Assembly: GCF_963921235.1 (NCBI RefSeq)
Contig: NC_086097.1
Coordinates: 31,560,001 to 31,624,000, forward strand
Direction of reading: 5' to 3'
Origin: Mobula hypostoma
Lineage: Eukaryota
Length of the DNA: 64,000 nucleotides
The position numbers and the translations under genes were made by a program. The notes under the pieces were generated by a model. The model did not search any database, was not told the DNA's origin, and saw only the letters and a list, made by a program, of their open reading frames with translations. Below are positions 39,971-53,638 of the stretch, in pieces. Numbering within the stretch: position 1 is the first letter of the stretch; the number at the start of each line of letters is the position of its first letter.

Positions 39971-42775
39971 ATGGAGGGTTATGTAGGAAGGAAGGACAAA
40001 GTTGATCATGGAGTATAAAATCTGTCTCTGATATCTCCCCCCCCATTCTTTCCTTCAATCACTTTTAAATTATGGCCCCTTGTATTAGCCATTTAGCCCT
40101 GGGGAAATCGGCCCTATCAACATCGTATACACCTCTCACCATAACACTGTTACAGAGCCGGCAATTGGGGTTCAGTGCCCACTGCTGTCTGTAAAGAGTT
40201 TGTACATTCTCCCTGTGATGGCATGGGTTTCCTCTCACCTTCCAAAGGTTAAGGCTAGTAAATTGTGGGCATACTATGTTGGCGTCAGAAGTATGATGAC
40301 ACTTACTGGCTGCCCAGCACAATGATTTGATTTGATGATATCGATGCATTTCACTGTATGTTTCGATATTTCAATGTACAAGTGACAAATAAAATCTTTA
40401 AAAAAATCTTTAGATGATTAAAGCAACACATCAAATGCTGGAATAACTCAGCAGCTCAGGCAGCACTTATGGAGGGGAATGAACAGTTAACGTTCTGGGC
40501 TGAGACCTTTCCTGATGACCATTCCAGTAAGACGGTCACAGCAGCTTTTACAGGGTCAACCAAAGGTGATATTGTCATTTTTAAAACTTCTTTTTTCACG
40601 ATTATAAGACCCTGCTGGACATCAAGAACTTAAAGTACTGCAAGTCTACCCCAACAGCGAGTTGCTCATTGGTGGAAAAACTGAAGGAGCTGGACAGTGC
40701 AGATCGTGCTGCTACCTGAGTCAGAGGGGTTCTGGTGCACAAAGGAGGAGGAGGCGTGCAGTCTAACAGCGACTGATCGTCTTTTTTTTCTTGTGATCAC
40801 AAGATCCTGTTGGATGTTGTTAATGTGGAATGCTGCAAATCTGATTCAATGATTTATTGGCAGACGGCACGGGAGCTGCATGGCTTTGGTCATGGCAAGG
40901 ACTAGGCCTCAAGCCGCTGTGTCGCTAGTTTACAGCCACCCAGGAGGGAGGTGTCTGCTGTCTCCATTTTACTGCCATCTTGTATATGCTACATGTGCTT
41001 TGTGTGACTGATAGTAATGTGTTTTGCACCTTGGTCTTGGAGTAATGCTGTTTCATTTGGCTGTATTCATGGCTATTTACGTATGGTTGAATGACAATTA
41101 AACTTGAACTATGAAGGGTCTCATCTTCCCTTCATTTTCTTCTGTAGATAATCCGCTGAGTTCCTCCAGCATTGTGTGTGTTTTGCTCAAGATTTCTCTA
41201 GTGTCCCATGTTCCAAGCCATTTAATTTATGAGTCTATTGCCTACCCACGCCCTCGGGGAAACACACCATTGGTGTGTCATCCAATTAACAACTTGCTTT
41301 TTCTTTTGCAGTGTGTTAATTAAAAGCGACTGCAGCAGAGAATCCTCATCAATGCCTGTGAACTACCCACTCCTGGCTGGCCCTACTAACTTAGCTCCAT
41401 TTTCAGAGAAACTGTTTTCAATAAAATAATCCGCATTTACTCAGATCGGTCTTGAGAAAACCGAGGAAAGTAAATGTCTTGACGAAGGATCTTGGCCGAA
41501 AATGTTGAGTGTTTATTCCCCTCTATAGATGCTGTCTGAACTGCTGAGTTCCTCCAGCATTTTGTACGTGTTGCTCTGAATTTCCAGCATCTGCAAAATC
41601 TTTTGTGTTTATGAGGAAAGAAATGATATGTAGATTAAAACAAAACAGAAAATGCTGAAAATACTCAGCAGGCCAGGCAGTGGAGAGAGAAAGAAGAGTT
41701 AACGTTTTAGCTTGATCAGAATTATTAGGCAAGGGAGCCTTTAAAAGCAGATTGGTAGAGAGCACAGTGTTATGACATTGCACAATGCCTCTGCAACCAG
41801 TTTGTTTTACCCTATTACAGGAATGATATGGAGACTATGGAGAAGGTGCAGAAGGGGTTCACCAGGATGCTGCCTGGATTAGAGAGTATGAGCTACAAGG
41901 AGAGGTTGGACAATCTTGGGTTGCTGTCCCTAGAGCATTGGAGGCTGAGTGGAGATGGTAGAGGTTTATAAGATTAGAGAGGCATAGAGTCAGAGCCTTT
42001 CCCTGCCCCCAGGCAGAAATGCTTAATATTAGTGTGCCTAGCTTCAAGGTGAGTGGGGAAAGTTTAAACGAGTTGTGCAGAATAATTGAGTATTTTTAAA
42101 CACAGAGGCAGCGATGGAAGCAGATACGATGGTGGTGTTTAGGAAGCATTCAGACAGACACGCAATGAAGGAATAAATACCATATGCAGGCAAAAATACA
42201 TAAAGTGCTGGAGGAACTCCGCAAGTCAGGCAGCATCTATAGAGGGCAATAAACCTGGCTCCTTTTGTTATGTTTCTCTTGCTTGAATTTCCTCCACAAA
42301 GTTCTCCATAAGGGCAGCATGGTGCATAGGCCTTAGCATAAGACTTTACAGTACCAGTGATCACAACTGGGGTTCAATTCCCTCTGCTGTTTTTAAGGAA
42401 CTTACATGTTTTCCCCGTGAGCACGTGGGTTTCCTCCCACATTCTAAAGGTCCACAGGTTAGGGCTAGAAAGTTGTGGGAGCACTATGTTAGCACCAGAA
42501 ACATGACGACACCTGCAGGCTGCTCAGCACAATCCTCGGACTGTGTTGGTCATTGATGCTAATGACGCATTATGTTTTGATGCACACGTGATAAATAAAC
42601 TTGAATCTTGACAATAAAACTAATCTAATCTAACAAGTTCTCTCACCTATTAAATTTATTCAGCGTTCAAGCTGCCTCAATTAAATCATCCCCTAACTTT
42701 TTATATTTAAGGGAACAGAGTCCCGGTCTCGGAAGTCCGCCACATGAATCAACTATTGTGCCCTGATGTACTCAC

Positions 42776-42928
42776 AGTGCCCACCAGTGGGTAGAGGAAC
42801 CCAGCACCAACGCTTGCCCTGATATCCCGGATTGGCAGAACAAACCCAGTTGGTGCTCCCTTCTTCTCTGGCTCATGGGACAACGACAGGTGAGTCTTGG
42901 CCATGCAGATAGGAAGGCCGGCAAATCC
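42776..42928 (-). CDS. MTHFD1: MTHFD1 coding exon ([18 protein letters not shown]...[11 protein letters not shown])
   Basis: 153 bp, CAG| and |GTGAGT; contains LPICMAKT. Confidence 0.97.
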
Positions 42929-44135
42929 CTGGTCAAAACAAGAAGAGACTTTAAGAGTAAGGCAAGGACTCCTCATTTTATTCAATGTCAAACCTAAATA
43001 GAGCCACTTTACACAACTACTGGTATTTGTCAGGTCTACCAAAATAAAGTGAAAAAAAATTTGTATCATCCAGACAAAATTACATTGATCTTATAGTTCA
43101 TATAATTTTTGTAATCTTTATGTAAATATTTTTCCATAGTAAATGGAAAACACAATGACAGAATATTGGATGATATCAAAATGGAGGGCTATGTAGGAGG
43201 AAAGAGTTACATGGATATTGGAGTAGGGTTAAAAGTCTGAAGGGCCTGTAGCATGCTGTAATATTCTATGGTGTTGCAGTTACTGAGAAAGTGCACAGCA
43301 GGTAGACAAATAAAGTGCAAAGGCCTCAGTGAGGTAAATTGGGAGAATGAGTTCATATTTATCATACAAGAGGGTCAGTTCAAGAACCTGATAGAATTTC
43401 AGAACCGGGTTTGCTGTTGCTGACATATGTGTGAATCTGTTGTTTTGATAGAAGGATAAAGGCTGTCTGAGCCTGGTAGAACACATACTCAGGGTTTTAT
43501 ATCTCTTGGATTCGGCGGAGGTAGGGGTGGAGAAGAAGAGATATGCCTGTCAGGTCAGCAGAAAAAGCCATTGGCTAGACTCTACCATCACTGCAGGACT
43601 TGTACGTGGCCAACAAAAAGAAGCAGACAGGAAATACCATTAAACTACCCACTCTGCAAACTGCCTTTTCCCAAAGCTTCCTTCTGGAAAGTGCTAAAGG
43701 GCTATTAAATCAAACACTTCATGCCATCTTAAAAGTTTTCCTCACAGGCAGTTGACTTGATCAATCATTCTTGTTAGCCCTCCCCTCCCCTCTCTATGAA
43801 TTACCTCAGTCACTGCACTATAAATACTTTAAACCATTTAAAAAATGTTGTTTACATTGTAAATACATGCTGGTATTATGTATTTGTGCATTTTATTCCA
43901 AATTTGTACTTTAACCTCCAATTTATTTTATATAATTCTTTATTCTGTCTAACTGTTGAATGTTTTTTTTTTGCAGGTTGCGACCTGACCAACACATCAC
44001 ACCAAATTCCTCATACATGTAAATGTATACAGCAGATAAAGTTAACACAAAATACTCTGCAGATGCTGGGGTCAAAGCAACACTCACAACACGCTGGAGG
44101 AACTCAGCAGGTCGGGCAGCATCCGTGGAAATGAT

Positions 44136-44173
44136 CAGTCAATGTTTCTGGCCGGAACCCTTCGTCAGGACTG
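44136..44173 (-). ncRNA. Minimal hammerhead-like motif in the inverted Penelope arm
   Basis: Reverse complement reads CAGTC-CTGACGA-AGGGTTCCGGCCA-GAAAC-ATT-GACTG. Confidence 0.55.
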
Positions 44174-46280
44174 AAGAGGGAAGGGGCAGAGGCCCTATAA
44201 AGAAGGTGGGGGGAGGGTGGGAAGGAGAAGGCTGGTAGGAGCCAGGCAAAAAACCAGTAAGGGGAAAGATAAAGGGGTGGGGGAGAGGAAGCAGGGAGGG
44301 GATAGGCAGGAAAGGTGAAGAAGGAATAGGGGAAAACACAATGGGTAGTAGAAGGAGGCGGAATCATGAGGGAGGTGATAGGCAGCTGGGGGAGGGGGCA
44401 GAGTGAAACTCGGATTGGGGAAGAGAGGGGGAGGGAATTACCATAAGTTGGAGAATTCAGTGTTCATGCCAAGGGGCTGGAGACTACCCAGACGGTATAT
44501 GAGGTGTTGCTCCTCCAATCTGAGTTTGGCCTCATCATGGCAGTAGAGGAGGCCATGTATGGACATATCTGAATGGGAATGGGAAGCAGAGTTGAAGTGG
44601 GTGGCAACCGGGAGATCCTGTCTGTTGTGGTGGACGAAGTGGAGGTGCTCGATGAAGCAGTCCCCCAATCTGTGTCGTGTCTCACCGATGTAGAGGAGGC
44701 CACACCAGGAGCACCGGATGCAATAGATGATCCCAACAGACTCACAAGTGAAGCGTTGCCTCACCTGGAAGGACTGTTTGGGGCCCTGAATGGTGGTGAA
44801 AGAGAAAGTGAAGGGACAGGTGTAGCACTTACACTTGCAGGGATAAGTGCTGGATGGGAGCTACGGGCACTCGAATGGGCCCCAGCTATGTCTGCCTCTT
44901 CGTTGGTTATGTGGAACAGTCTATGCTCCAAACCTATACTGGTACTGCTCCCCAACTTTTCCTTCGCTGCATTGACGACTACATTGGAGCTGCTTCCTGC
45001 ACCCATGCTGAGCTCACCAATTTCATTGACTTTGCTTCTAACTTCCACCCAACCCTCAAATTCACTTGGTCCATCTCGGAATTTCTCGGTCTCCATCTCT
45101 GGAGGCAGACTGTCCACTGACATCTTCTATAAGTCCACTGACTCTCATAACTACCTCGACTATACCTCTCCCCACCCTGCCACATGCAAAAATGCTATTC
45201 CCTATTCCCAGTTCCTCCGTCTCCGCCGCATCTGCTCCCAGGATGAGGCTTTCCGTTCCAGGACCTCTCAAATGTCCTTTTTCTTTAAGGATCGTAGTTT
45301 CCCTTCTGCTGTCATCAATGATGCCCTCACCTGCATCTCCTCCATTTCGACCCTCACACCATCCTCCATTTCGATCCTCATCCCATCCTCCCGTCACCAC
45401 AACAGGGACAGAGATCCCCTTGTCCTCACCTACCACCCCACCAGCCTCTGGATCCAGCACATCATCCTACGCAACTTCCGCCACCTTCAACACGACCCCA
45501 CCACTAAGCACATCTTTCCCTCTTTACCCCTCTCCACTTTCCACAGGGATCGTTCCCTCTGCGACTCCCTGGTCCACACGTCCCTCCCCACTGATCTCCC
45601 ACCCGGCACTTATCCCTGCAAGTGTAAGTGCTACACCTGTCCCTACACCTCCTCTCTCACCACTATTCAGGGCCCCAAACAGTCCTTCCAGGTGAGGCAA
45701 CACTTCACTTGTGAGTCTGTTGGGGTCATCTATTGCATCCGGTGCTCCCAATGCAGCCTCCTCTACATCGGTGAGACCCGACGCAGATTGGGGGACCGCT
45801 TTGTTGAGCACTTCCGCTCCATGCACCACAACAGACAGGATCTCCCGGTTGCCACCCACTTCAACTCTGCTTCACATTCCGATTTGGGTATGTCCATACA
45901 TGACCTCCTCTACTGCCATGATGAGGCCAAACTCAGGTTGAAGGAGCAACACCTCATATACCGTCTGGGCAGTCTCCAGCCCCTTGGCATGAACACTGAA
46001 TTCTCCAACTTCCAGTAATTCCCTCCCCATCTCTTCCCCTATCCCAGTTTCACTCTGCCCTCCCCCAGCGGCCTATCACCTCCCTCATGGTTCCACCTCC
46101 TTCTACTACCCATTGTGTTTTCCCCTATTCCTTCTTCACCTTTCCTGCCTATCCCCTCCCTGCTTTCCCTCCCCCACCCCTTGATCTTTCCCCTCACTGG
46201 TTTTTCATCTGGCACCTACCAGTCTTCTCCTTCCCACCCTCCCCCCACCTTCTCTATAGGGCCTCTGCCCCTTCCCTCTA

Positions 46281-46318
46281 CAGTCCTGACGAAGGGTCTC
46301 GGCCTGAAACATTGACTG
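46281..46318 (+). ncRNA. Minimal type I hammerhead ribozyme-like motif in a Penelope terminal repeat
   Basis: CAGTC-CTGACGA-AGG gtctcgg CCT-GAAAC-ATT-GACTG: stem I CAGTC/GACTG, core CUGANGA and GAAA. Confidence 0.65.
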
Positions 46319-48352
46319 TTCGTTTCCACGGATACTGCCCGACCTGCTGAGTTCCTCCAACGTGCTGTAGTGAATAAAGTTGATCCTTAATCCTTGGCCT
46401 ATTCCTTTACCAAGTAAGCAGCATCAAAAAATTAACAAAATGCTGAACATAAGAAACATGAGCAGGAGTAGGCCATCCGGCCCATCCAGCCTGCCCTGCC
46501 ATTCAATAAGATCATGGCTGATCTGTCCGTAAACTCAGCTTCACCTACCTGCCTTTTCCCCATAACCCTTAATTCCTCTATTATGTAAAAATCTATCTAA
46601 CTGTATCTTAAATATATTTAGTGAAGAAGCCTCAACGGCTTCCCCGGGCAGAAAATTCCACAGATTCACCACTCCCTGGGAAAAACAGTTTCTCCTCATC
46701 TCCGTCCTAAATTTTCTCCCCTGAATCTTGAGGCAGTGTCCCCTAGTTCTAGTCTCACCTACCAACTCAGTGGGTCAGGCAGGATCCGTAGAGGGAAATG
46801 GACTGTCAACATTTTGGGTAGAAACCATTTATGCTGCCTGACCCACTGAGGTCCCCCAGTGTGTTGTTTGTTGCACCAGATTCCAGCATCTGAGGTCTCT
46901 TGTGCCAGCATCAAATTGGCAGAATAATAGAAAACAATGACAAGGTTATTACAGGTTCAGTTCAGCAGTTACTCCCTTGTACAGTGTCAATGTTGAAAGG
47001 GATGTGGTATTGGTTGAACTTGCTATAGAATGGGGATGAAAACATAATCTAATTTTCTAAGAGAGAATGCAGTGTACATTATTGCTGGGGCAGATAAACT
47101 AGATTCATTTTTTAACCAAGACAGAAGATATAGGGGTAAATCTACCCGGGGTTCTTCCACAGACGGTGAAAAGGCACTTGGCAATAAGCTAGGCTAATCT
47201 ATTATGATTTTATCCCCATGCTTACAGCGTGCTGATCACATGAGCACGTTTGGGCTCCTTTCTATAAACACAGGGAGCCGTGATCCTGTTTTACCTCTTC
47301 ACACATCCTGGACACCCACAGGCAAAGGTCAAAGAGATTTCAACATTTAAAAGAAATTTGGACAGGTACATGGTTGGGAGGGGTACGGTGGGCTATGGTC
47401 TGGGAGCAGGTCGATGGGACTAGGTAGAATAATAGTTCAGTGCGGACTAGATCACCTGTTTCTGTGCCGTAGGGTTCTGCAGAGGAATGATGGCTGAAGA
47501 ACACAAAGAAAGGGCACCAGCTGTGCCATTCTGGAGGGAAGAGGGATTACAGTTCTGGCAGTCATGGACTGACTCAGCAGATGGTGAATGCCCATTGAGA
47601 CACACCTATTGTGTGAGTTTCTCCGACTGGGGAGATGTCTGCTTATTTAAGTTAACAAATTTCACGTCACATGCCGGTGATAATAAACCCGACTCTGATT
47701 CCACTCGCAGTAAGTGGCACAGCAGGCAGAGCTGCTGGGTCACACCTCCAGAGATCCAGGTTTAATCCCAACCTTGCTGCTTGCATGGAGTTTGCACTAT
47801 CAGTCCGTGAGTTCACGGGTTTCCCTGGGTACTCCTACATCCCAAAGATGTGCAAGTTAGTAGATCAACTGGCTGCTGTAAATTGCCCCTAGTGTGAGAG
47901 TGAGGGGGTAGAAGGGGGGGGGTGGGGTGGGGGAAGAGTCTTAATAGGAACATGGTTAAAATAAAATATTTAGTGTCTGATTGATGTAAATGGGTGCTTG
48001 ATGGTTCGTGGATCAGAGGCCCAATTTCTATGCTGTGCGACTTTATGAAATCTAGGACATGCTCCCTTCTTGTTACCATCATGAAGAGGAGGAACAGGAG
48101 GAGCCTTGAGACCCACACTAAACAATTCAGAACAGCTTCTCCCCTCTGCCACCAAATGTATGAATGATCTATGAACAGTACACTTTTTTTTGCACTATTT
48201 TTTGATGTTTGTACTTTGTAGTAATTTTATGCCTTTGCACTGTACTGCTGCCACAAAACCAATGTCACATCATCTAAGTCAGTGGTAATAATCCTGATTC
48301 TGATGACTAAGCCTGCCTGGAGGAAGATGAGACTGCATGACAGGCTCCTTAC

Positions 48353-48460
48353 CTGCTTGGTGTAAACCTCCACCTTATGCTGTGCTTCAGGACTGAGCTC
48401 CACATCTGCAGCACCGTAGATCCTCTGGGCTATAGTACGGATTTTGTCCACAATAGGCAG
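48353..48460 (-). CDS. MTHFD1: MTHFD1 coding exon ([17 protein letters not shown]...VYTKQ)
   Basis: 108 bp, AAG| and |GTAAGG, phase 0/0. Confidence 0.95.
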
Positions 48461-48664
48461 CTTTACCAGAGAAACACAAAGTCAGACCCCCACATTACAG
48501 AGCAGTGCTTAGAAAACAGATTGACAAGCTCAAACAGGTAATTCACCCTCTGCTGGGGTATGTCATCACAAAAGTAAATTTAGTCCCAAAGTTTCAATTT
48601 TTTTTATAAGTGACTTTTTTTTGGGTAAATTCTCCTCTTTACAACTGCTATAATTTTTTTTTAG

Positions 48665-50095
48665 AAACATCCTCTCCACATCCACTCTATCTGGACCTTA
48701 ATAGGTCTTCCAATATTTGGTAGGTTTCAAAGATATCCTCCCCTCATTCTTCTCAACTCCAGTGAGTACAGGTCTAGAGCCAAAAAACACGTCTCATGTA
48801 TTAACCCTTTCATTCCCAGAATAATTCTTATGAACCTCCTCTGGACCCTCTCCAAAGCCAGCACATTTTTTTTTTAGATAAGGGGCCAAAAACAGCTCAA
48901 AATACTCCGTTGCTCTGACCAATGCCTTGCTCAGCATCAGCTCCTTGCTTTTCATTGCAGTCCTGTCGAAATGAATGCTAACACTGCATTTGTCTTCCTT
49001 ACAATTGATTCAATCTGTAAGTTAACCTTTAGGGAATCCTGCATGAAGATTCCCTGAGTCCCTATGCACTTCTCACTTCTGAATTTTCTCCCTGTTTAGA
49101 AAATAGTCTACATCTTTATTCCTTCTACCAAAGTGCATGACCATACACTTCCCTACACTATATTCCATCTTCCATTTCTTTGCCCATTCTCCTCATCTGT
49201 CAAGTCCTCTGCAGACTCCCTGCTTCCTCAACACCAACTGCCTCTTCAGCCATCTTCATATCACCCACAAACTTGGCTACAAAACAATCAATCTGTCATC
49301 CAAATTATTGACATGTAACATGAAAATAAGTGGTCCCAACACAGATCCCTGTGGAACACAATTAGTCATCGGTAGCCAACCAGAAAAAGCCCCCATTATT
49401 CCCACTCTTTACCTCCTGTCAGTCAGCCAACCTTCTATCCATGCTAGTATCTTTCCTGTAATACCACGGGCTCCCATCTTGTTAGCAGCTTCATGTGCGA
49501 CACCATATCAAAGGCCTTCTGAAAATCCAAGTATACAACTTCCACTGACTCTCCTTTTTCTATCCTGCCTGTTATTTCCTTAAAGAATTCTAATGGTTTT
49601 GTCCGGTAAAATTTTCCCTTAAGGAAACCATACTGACTTTGGCCTATTTTATCACAGGCTCCCAAGTACCCCGAAACCTCATCCTTAATAATGGATCCCA
49701 ATATCTTCCCACCATTAAAAGTCAGGCTAACTGGCCTATAATTTCACTTTTTCTGCCTCTCTCTCTCTCTCTTAAAGAATGGAATGATATCTGCAATTTT
49801 CCAGTACTCTGAAGCCATTGTAGAATCTCGTGATTCTTGAAAGATCAGTACTAATGCCTGAACAATCTCTTCAGTTACCTTTCAGAACCCTCAGGTGTGG
49901 TGCATCTGGTTTCAGACTGTTTGGCTTCCTGAACACCTTCTCCTTAGTAACAACAACTACAATCCTGAGTGCCTTCTGACACTTCCAAATTCCTGGCACA
50001 CTGCTGGTATCTTCCACTGTATAGACTGATGCAAAATACTTAAGTTCATCTGCCATTTCTTTGTCCTCCCATTACCACTCTCCAGCAGTCTGATT
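48665..50095 (-). mobile_element. Degenerate CR1 LINE fragment
   Basis: [11 protein letters not shown] and other ORF2 remnants. Confidence 0.8.
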
Positions 50096-50156
50096 TCTTA
50101 TGGTCCCCTCCACGATCAGATCTACAAATTAAATCGGCATATAAGTTAATTCTTAC

Positions 50157-50334
50157 TTCTAAATCATAGAGGAATTTGAAGTCACTGTGCAACTCCGAAG
50201 CCCTCTGCACAGCCTTTGCCAACTCAACGGCTCCCAGCCCTCCTTCAGCCCAGTGAGTGCACGTCACTGCATCAAATGCGCCCACTTCCTTGGCCATACT
50301 GCAGACTAACTCCAGCTCAGCCTTGCTGTCTGAC
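50157..50334 (-). CDS. MTHFD1: MTHFD1 coding exon (SDSKAELELV...THWAEGG...FLYDLE)
   Basis: 178 bp, TTGCAG| and |GTAAGA, phase 2/0. Confidence 0.95.
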
Positions 50335-52146
50335 CTGCAAGAAAGCACAAGAGAAAGCTGGTGACAAGAGTTTTGACCGGAAACATCAACAATTCCTCCC
50401 AACCCCCGATCACCTCCACAAACAGCCACTGCTTGACCCACTGAGTTCCTCCAGAAGGTTGTTTGTTGCTCTTGATTCCAGCATCTGCAGTCTCTTGTGT
50501 CTCCATTCACTCCAAGAACACTCACACATGAATATACACAGAGGAATATGAACCATGGGAATACCTCCACCCAAAGACAGCTCCACATCTTTACAGGCAC
50601 ACACAGTAGTAAAACTGCCGATGCTGGAATCAGAAGCACAAACAGAAAATGCTGGAAGAGCTCAGCCAGTCAAATGGCATCTGTGGGAAGAAGAATCCAG
50701 TCATCAGTTCATGTCACAGATATTTCCAGAGATGTTCGTCTCACTTAGCACCCTACCATACATACTGGTGAAGGTTTCTGTAGGTCAGTGCTGAATTTCT
50801 GAAAGTCTAATTACAAATAATGACTAGTTAGAGTACAGGAAGGAGATAGAGAGCTCAGTGACATGGTGTCATGATAACAAGCTTTCCCTCAATGTCAGCA
50901 AAACAAGAGCAGGTCATTGACTGTAAGAAGGGGTGGGGTGCAGTGCACGTGCTCATGTCTGTATCAACTCCATTGAGGTTGACAGTTTCAAGTTCCTAGG
51001 TGTGAACGTGACTACTAGCCTGCCCTGGTCCAAGCTTGTTGAAGTCACGGTCATGAAAGCTCACCTCTGCACCTACTTTCTCAGGAGGCTAAAGAAATTC
51101 GGTATGTCCCTGTCGATTTTTCACCAATTTTTTCAAAGCATTCTGTCTGGATGCCTTGCAGCTTGACATGACAATTACTCTACATGTGACCAAAGAAACC
51201 GCAGAGAAGTTATGAACAAAGTTCAGCACAACACAGAAAACAACCTCCCCTCCATAAACTGTCTACACTTCTCACTGCCTCTGTAAATCAGGTAGCATAA
51301 TCAAAGACCTCAACCCCTCTAGACAGTCTCTCTTCTCCCTCATCCCTTCAGACAGAAGATACAAAGGTTTGAAAGCACGTACCACCAGTCCCAAGGATAG
51401 CTTCTATGACACTAGTATCAGACTCTTGAACAGGCCTCTTGTATGATAAGATGGACTCTTAGCCTCACAATCTACCTCGTTATGATTCTGTACTTTATTG
51501 TTTGCCTGCACTGCACTTTTTTGGTAGCTTTTACATTTTATTCTGTATTGTTGTTGATTTACCTTATTCTAGCATGTACCACAAGGCTGAAGGACAGCTG
51601 CACTGCACCTTTTTTATAGCTGTTACTCTTTACTCTACATTCTGTGTTGTGTTGTCCTGTTCAACCTCAATGCACTGTGTAATGATTTTATCTGTATAGC
51701 AGTATGAGGACAAGCTTTTCACTGTATATTGGTACATGTGACAATACCCTTCCACTCCTGTTTTTGTGTGTCCTGCTCTTTGATCCCAAGGGCACATTAT
51801 TCTTTAATCTGGAGCCCCACAAAGCTGTACACTCTGCTCCCCCACCCCCTGCATTCTACTCCCTATATACTCACAACTCTGAGGCAAGATTCTGCTCCTA
51901 CTCCATCGACAAATTTGCAGACCACATCACTGTTGTGAGCCGTATCTCAAATAACAATGTTGGAATACAGGAAGGAGACAGGGAGCTTAGTGACATAGTG
52001 ATATGACAATAACCTTTCCTCAATGTCAAAATAGAGATGGTCATCGACTTCGGGAAAGTGTGGAGGGGGGTGTGGAGTGCAATGCAAATGTACCTGTCCA
52101 CTGAATGGTGCTGAGGTTGAGAGAGTTGAGAACTTCAAGTTTCTAG

Positions 52147-52930
52147 TATCACGCAGGTGAGAAGCTGCTAGAAAGTTCAGCAGTCTACTAAACAAGGATG
52201 CAATTAAAAGAGAGAGAGAGTACGAGGCGAGCTGAGAAGTCACCATGCATGGTAACAGCTCAGAGCGGTTGAGCTAATGGACGCTGAAATTTTGGTTGGA
52301 TTATTAAAAAGTTGATCCTTCAGTCTGATAACGGCAGAGGAGACACGACACGACAGAACTGCAGAAGCTACCCGAGAAACCACTGGTGGAGTTTAAGACC
52401 ACCACGAGGGTGGAGGCAATGGACCGATTAATTTTGACCCGTGATTACCAGTGTTGCTAAGAGCTTGCCTGTGGGGGGCTGCTGGTGGTGAACCCGTGCC
52501 GTGGGTTAGTAGACCGTTCCCTAGAAGGGGCTCTGTCCATCTGTGTCTGTGTGGGAGTCACACCAAGTGACTCTGAAGACTTCGGAAGCAAGAACAACTA
52601 AAGCTGCCAACGTGAACATCAACTCAATTAACTCTCTCTCTCTCTCCATCAATTCAACTCGACGCAACACAAAGTGAACCGAACTGTTTAAACTTACCTG
52701 ACACCGTAAGACTGATATCTACCTCCTGGACTATTACTTTTTGTATCCACACACACATTTACGGAGATATATATATATATAAAAAATAGTTTATAACCTG
52801 TATTGTATTATTCCGTTTAATGATATTAATTCGTAGTAGTAATAAATATAGTCTTTATTTATAGTAAACCAGACTCCAGCTGTGTTCCATTTCTGCTGGT
52901 CCTTTTCAACCTGTCATGGGGTTCGTGACA
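52147..52930 (+). mobile_element. Solo LTR (784 bp) inserted in a Rex1-like fragment
   Basis: Termini TATCACG...CGTGACA (TG...CA inverted repeat with one mismatch), CTAG duplicated on both sides, AATAAA near 52841. Confidence 0.75.
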
Positions 52931-53537
52931 CTAGTGAACATCACCATGTGTTGCCATGGCTGAGAAAGGTCACCAAGACCTCGACTTCCTCAGTAGAGAA
53001 ATTTGGCATGTCCCTTTCAATTCTCACCGATTGTTAATCAATGCACCATCAAAAACATTCTGTCCAGATGAATCACAGCTTGGTATAGCAACAGCACTGT
53101 CTAATAAAGCAAGAAACTACACTACAGGTTTGTGTCAGTCAGCGCTGAATTTCCAAGAGAAAGATCAAAGATCTTTCAAGATTAGCTTTATTTGTCACAT
53201 ATATATCAAAGGCTACAATGAAATATGTTGTTTGTGTTAATGACCAACACAGTCTTGAGGATGTGCTGGGGGCAACCAGCAAATGTTGCCATGCTTCCAG
53301 TGTCAACGTAATATGCCATAAATTACTAACCCCAACCCATACGCCTTTGGAATGTGGGAGCAAACCAGAGCACCTGGCGGAAAACCACATGGTCACGGGG
53401 AGAATGCGTTGCCGTGCTGAAGTTTAATGACTCGCATATCTCCAACCCATCCTTACTTTTGTGTCTCCTAATCTTTGGCCCAGAGGGCACCACATCCTGA
53501 GCTGCATTAACAGAGTGACAGCAGATCACAAACTTAC

Positions 53538-53638
53538 TTGAAGGCATTGACTGCCACTACCACTGCGACCCCGAATGAGTTTGCGTTCTCGATCTGTTTC
53601 CGAAGGTTACTGCAGCCCTTCGCCAGCAGGTCCAGGTT
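53538..53638 (-). CDS. MTHFD1: MTHFD1 coding exon ([19 protein letters not shown]...VAVNAF)
   Basis: 101 bp, CAG| and |GTAAGT, phase 0/2. Confidence 0.95.

Larger units (their letters stand above)
44044..46373 (+). mobile_element. Penelope-like element with inverted pseudo-LTR (minus arm ~44044-44857, plus arm ~44858-46373)
   Basis: The plus arm encodes the RT C-terminus and an open GIY-YIG (GVIYCIRCSQCSLLYIGET...RFVEH...ATHFN...EQHLI...GMN). The minus arm is the reverse complement of the 3' ~780 bp. ATAAAGTT flanks both ends (44036-44043, 46374-46381). Confidence 0.92.

Noticed and set aside
44573..46018. 481-aa ORF as an intact or domesticated gene
   Set aside because: It spans the inversion junction. 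The N-terminal third is antisense or out-of-frame Penelope sequence, and the RT catalytic motif is mutated.
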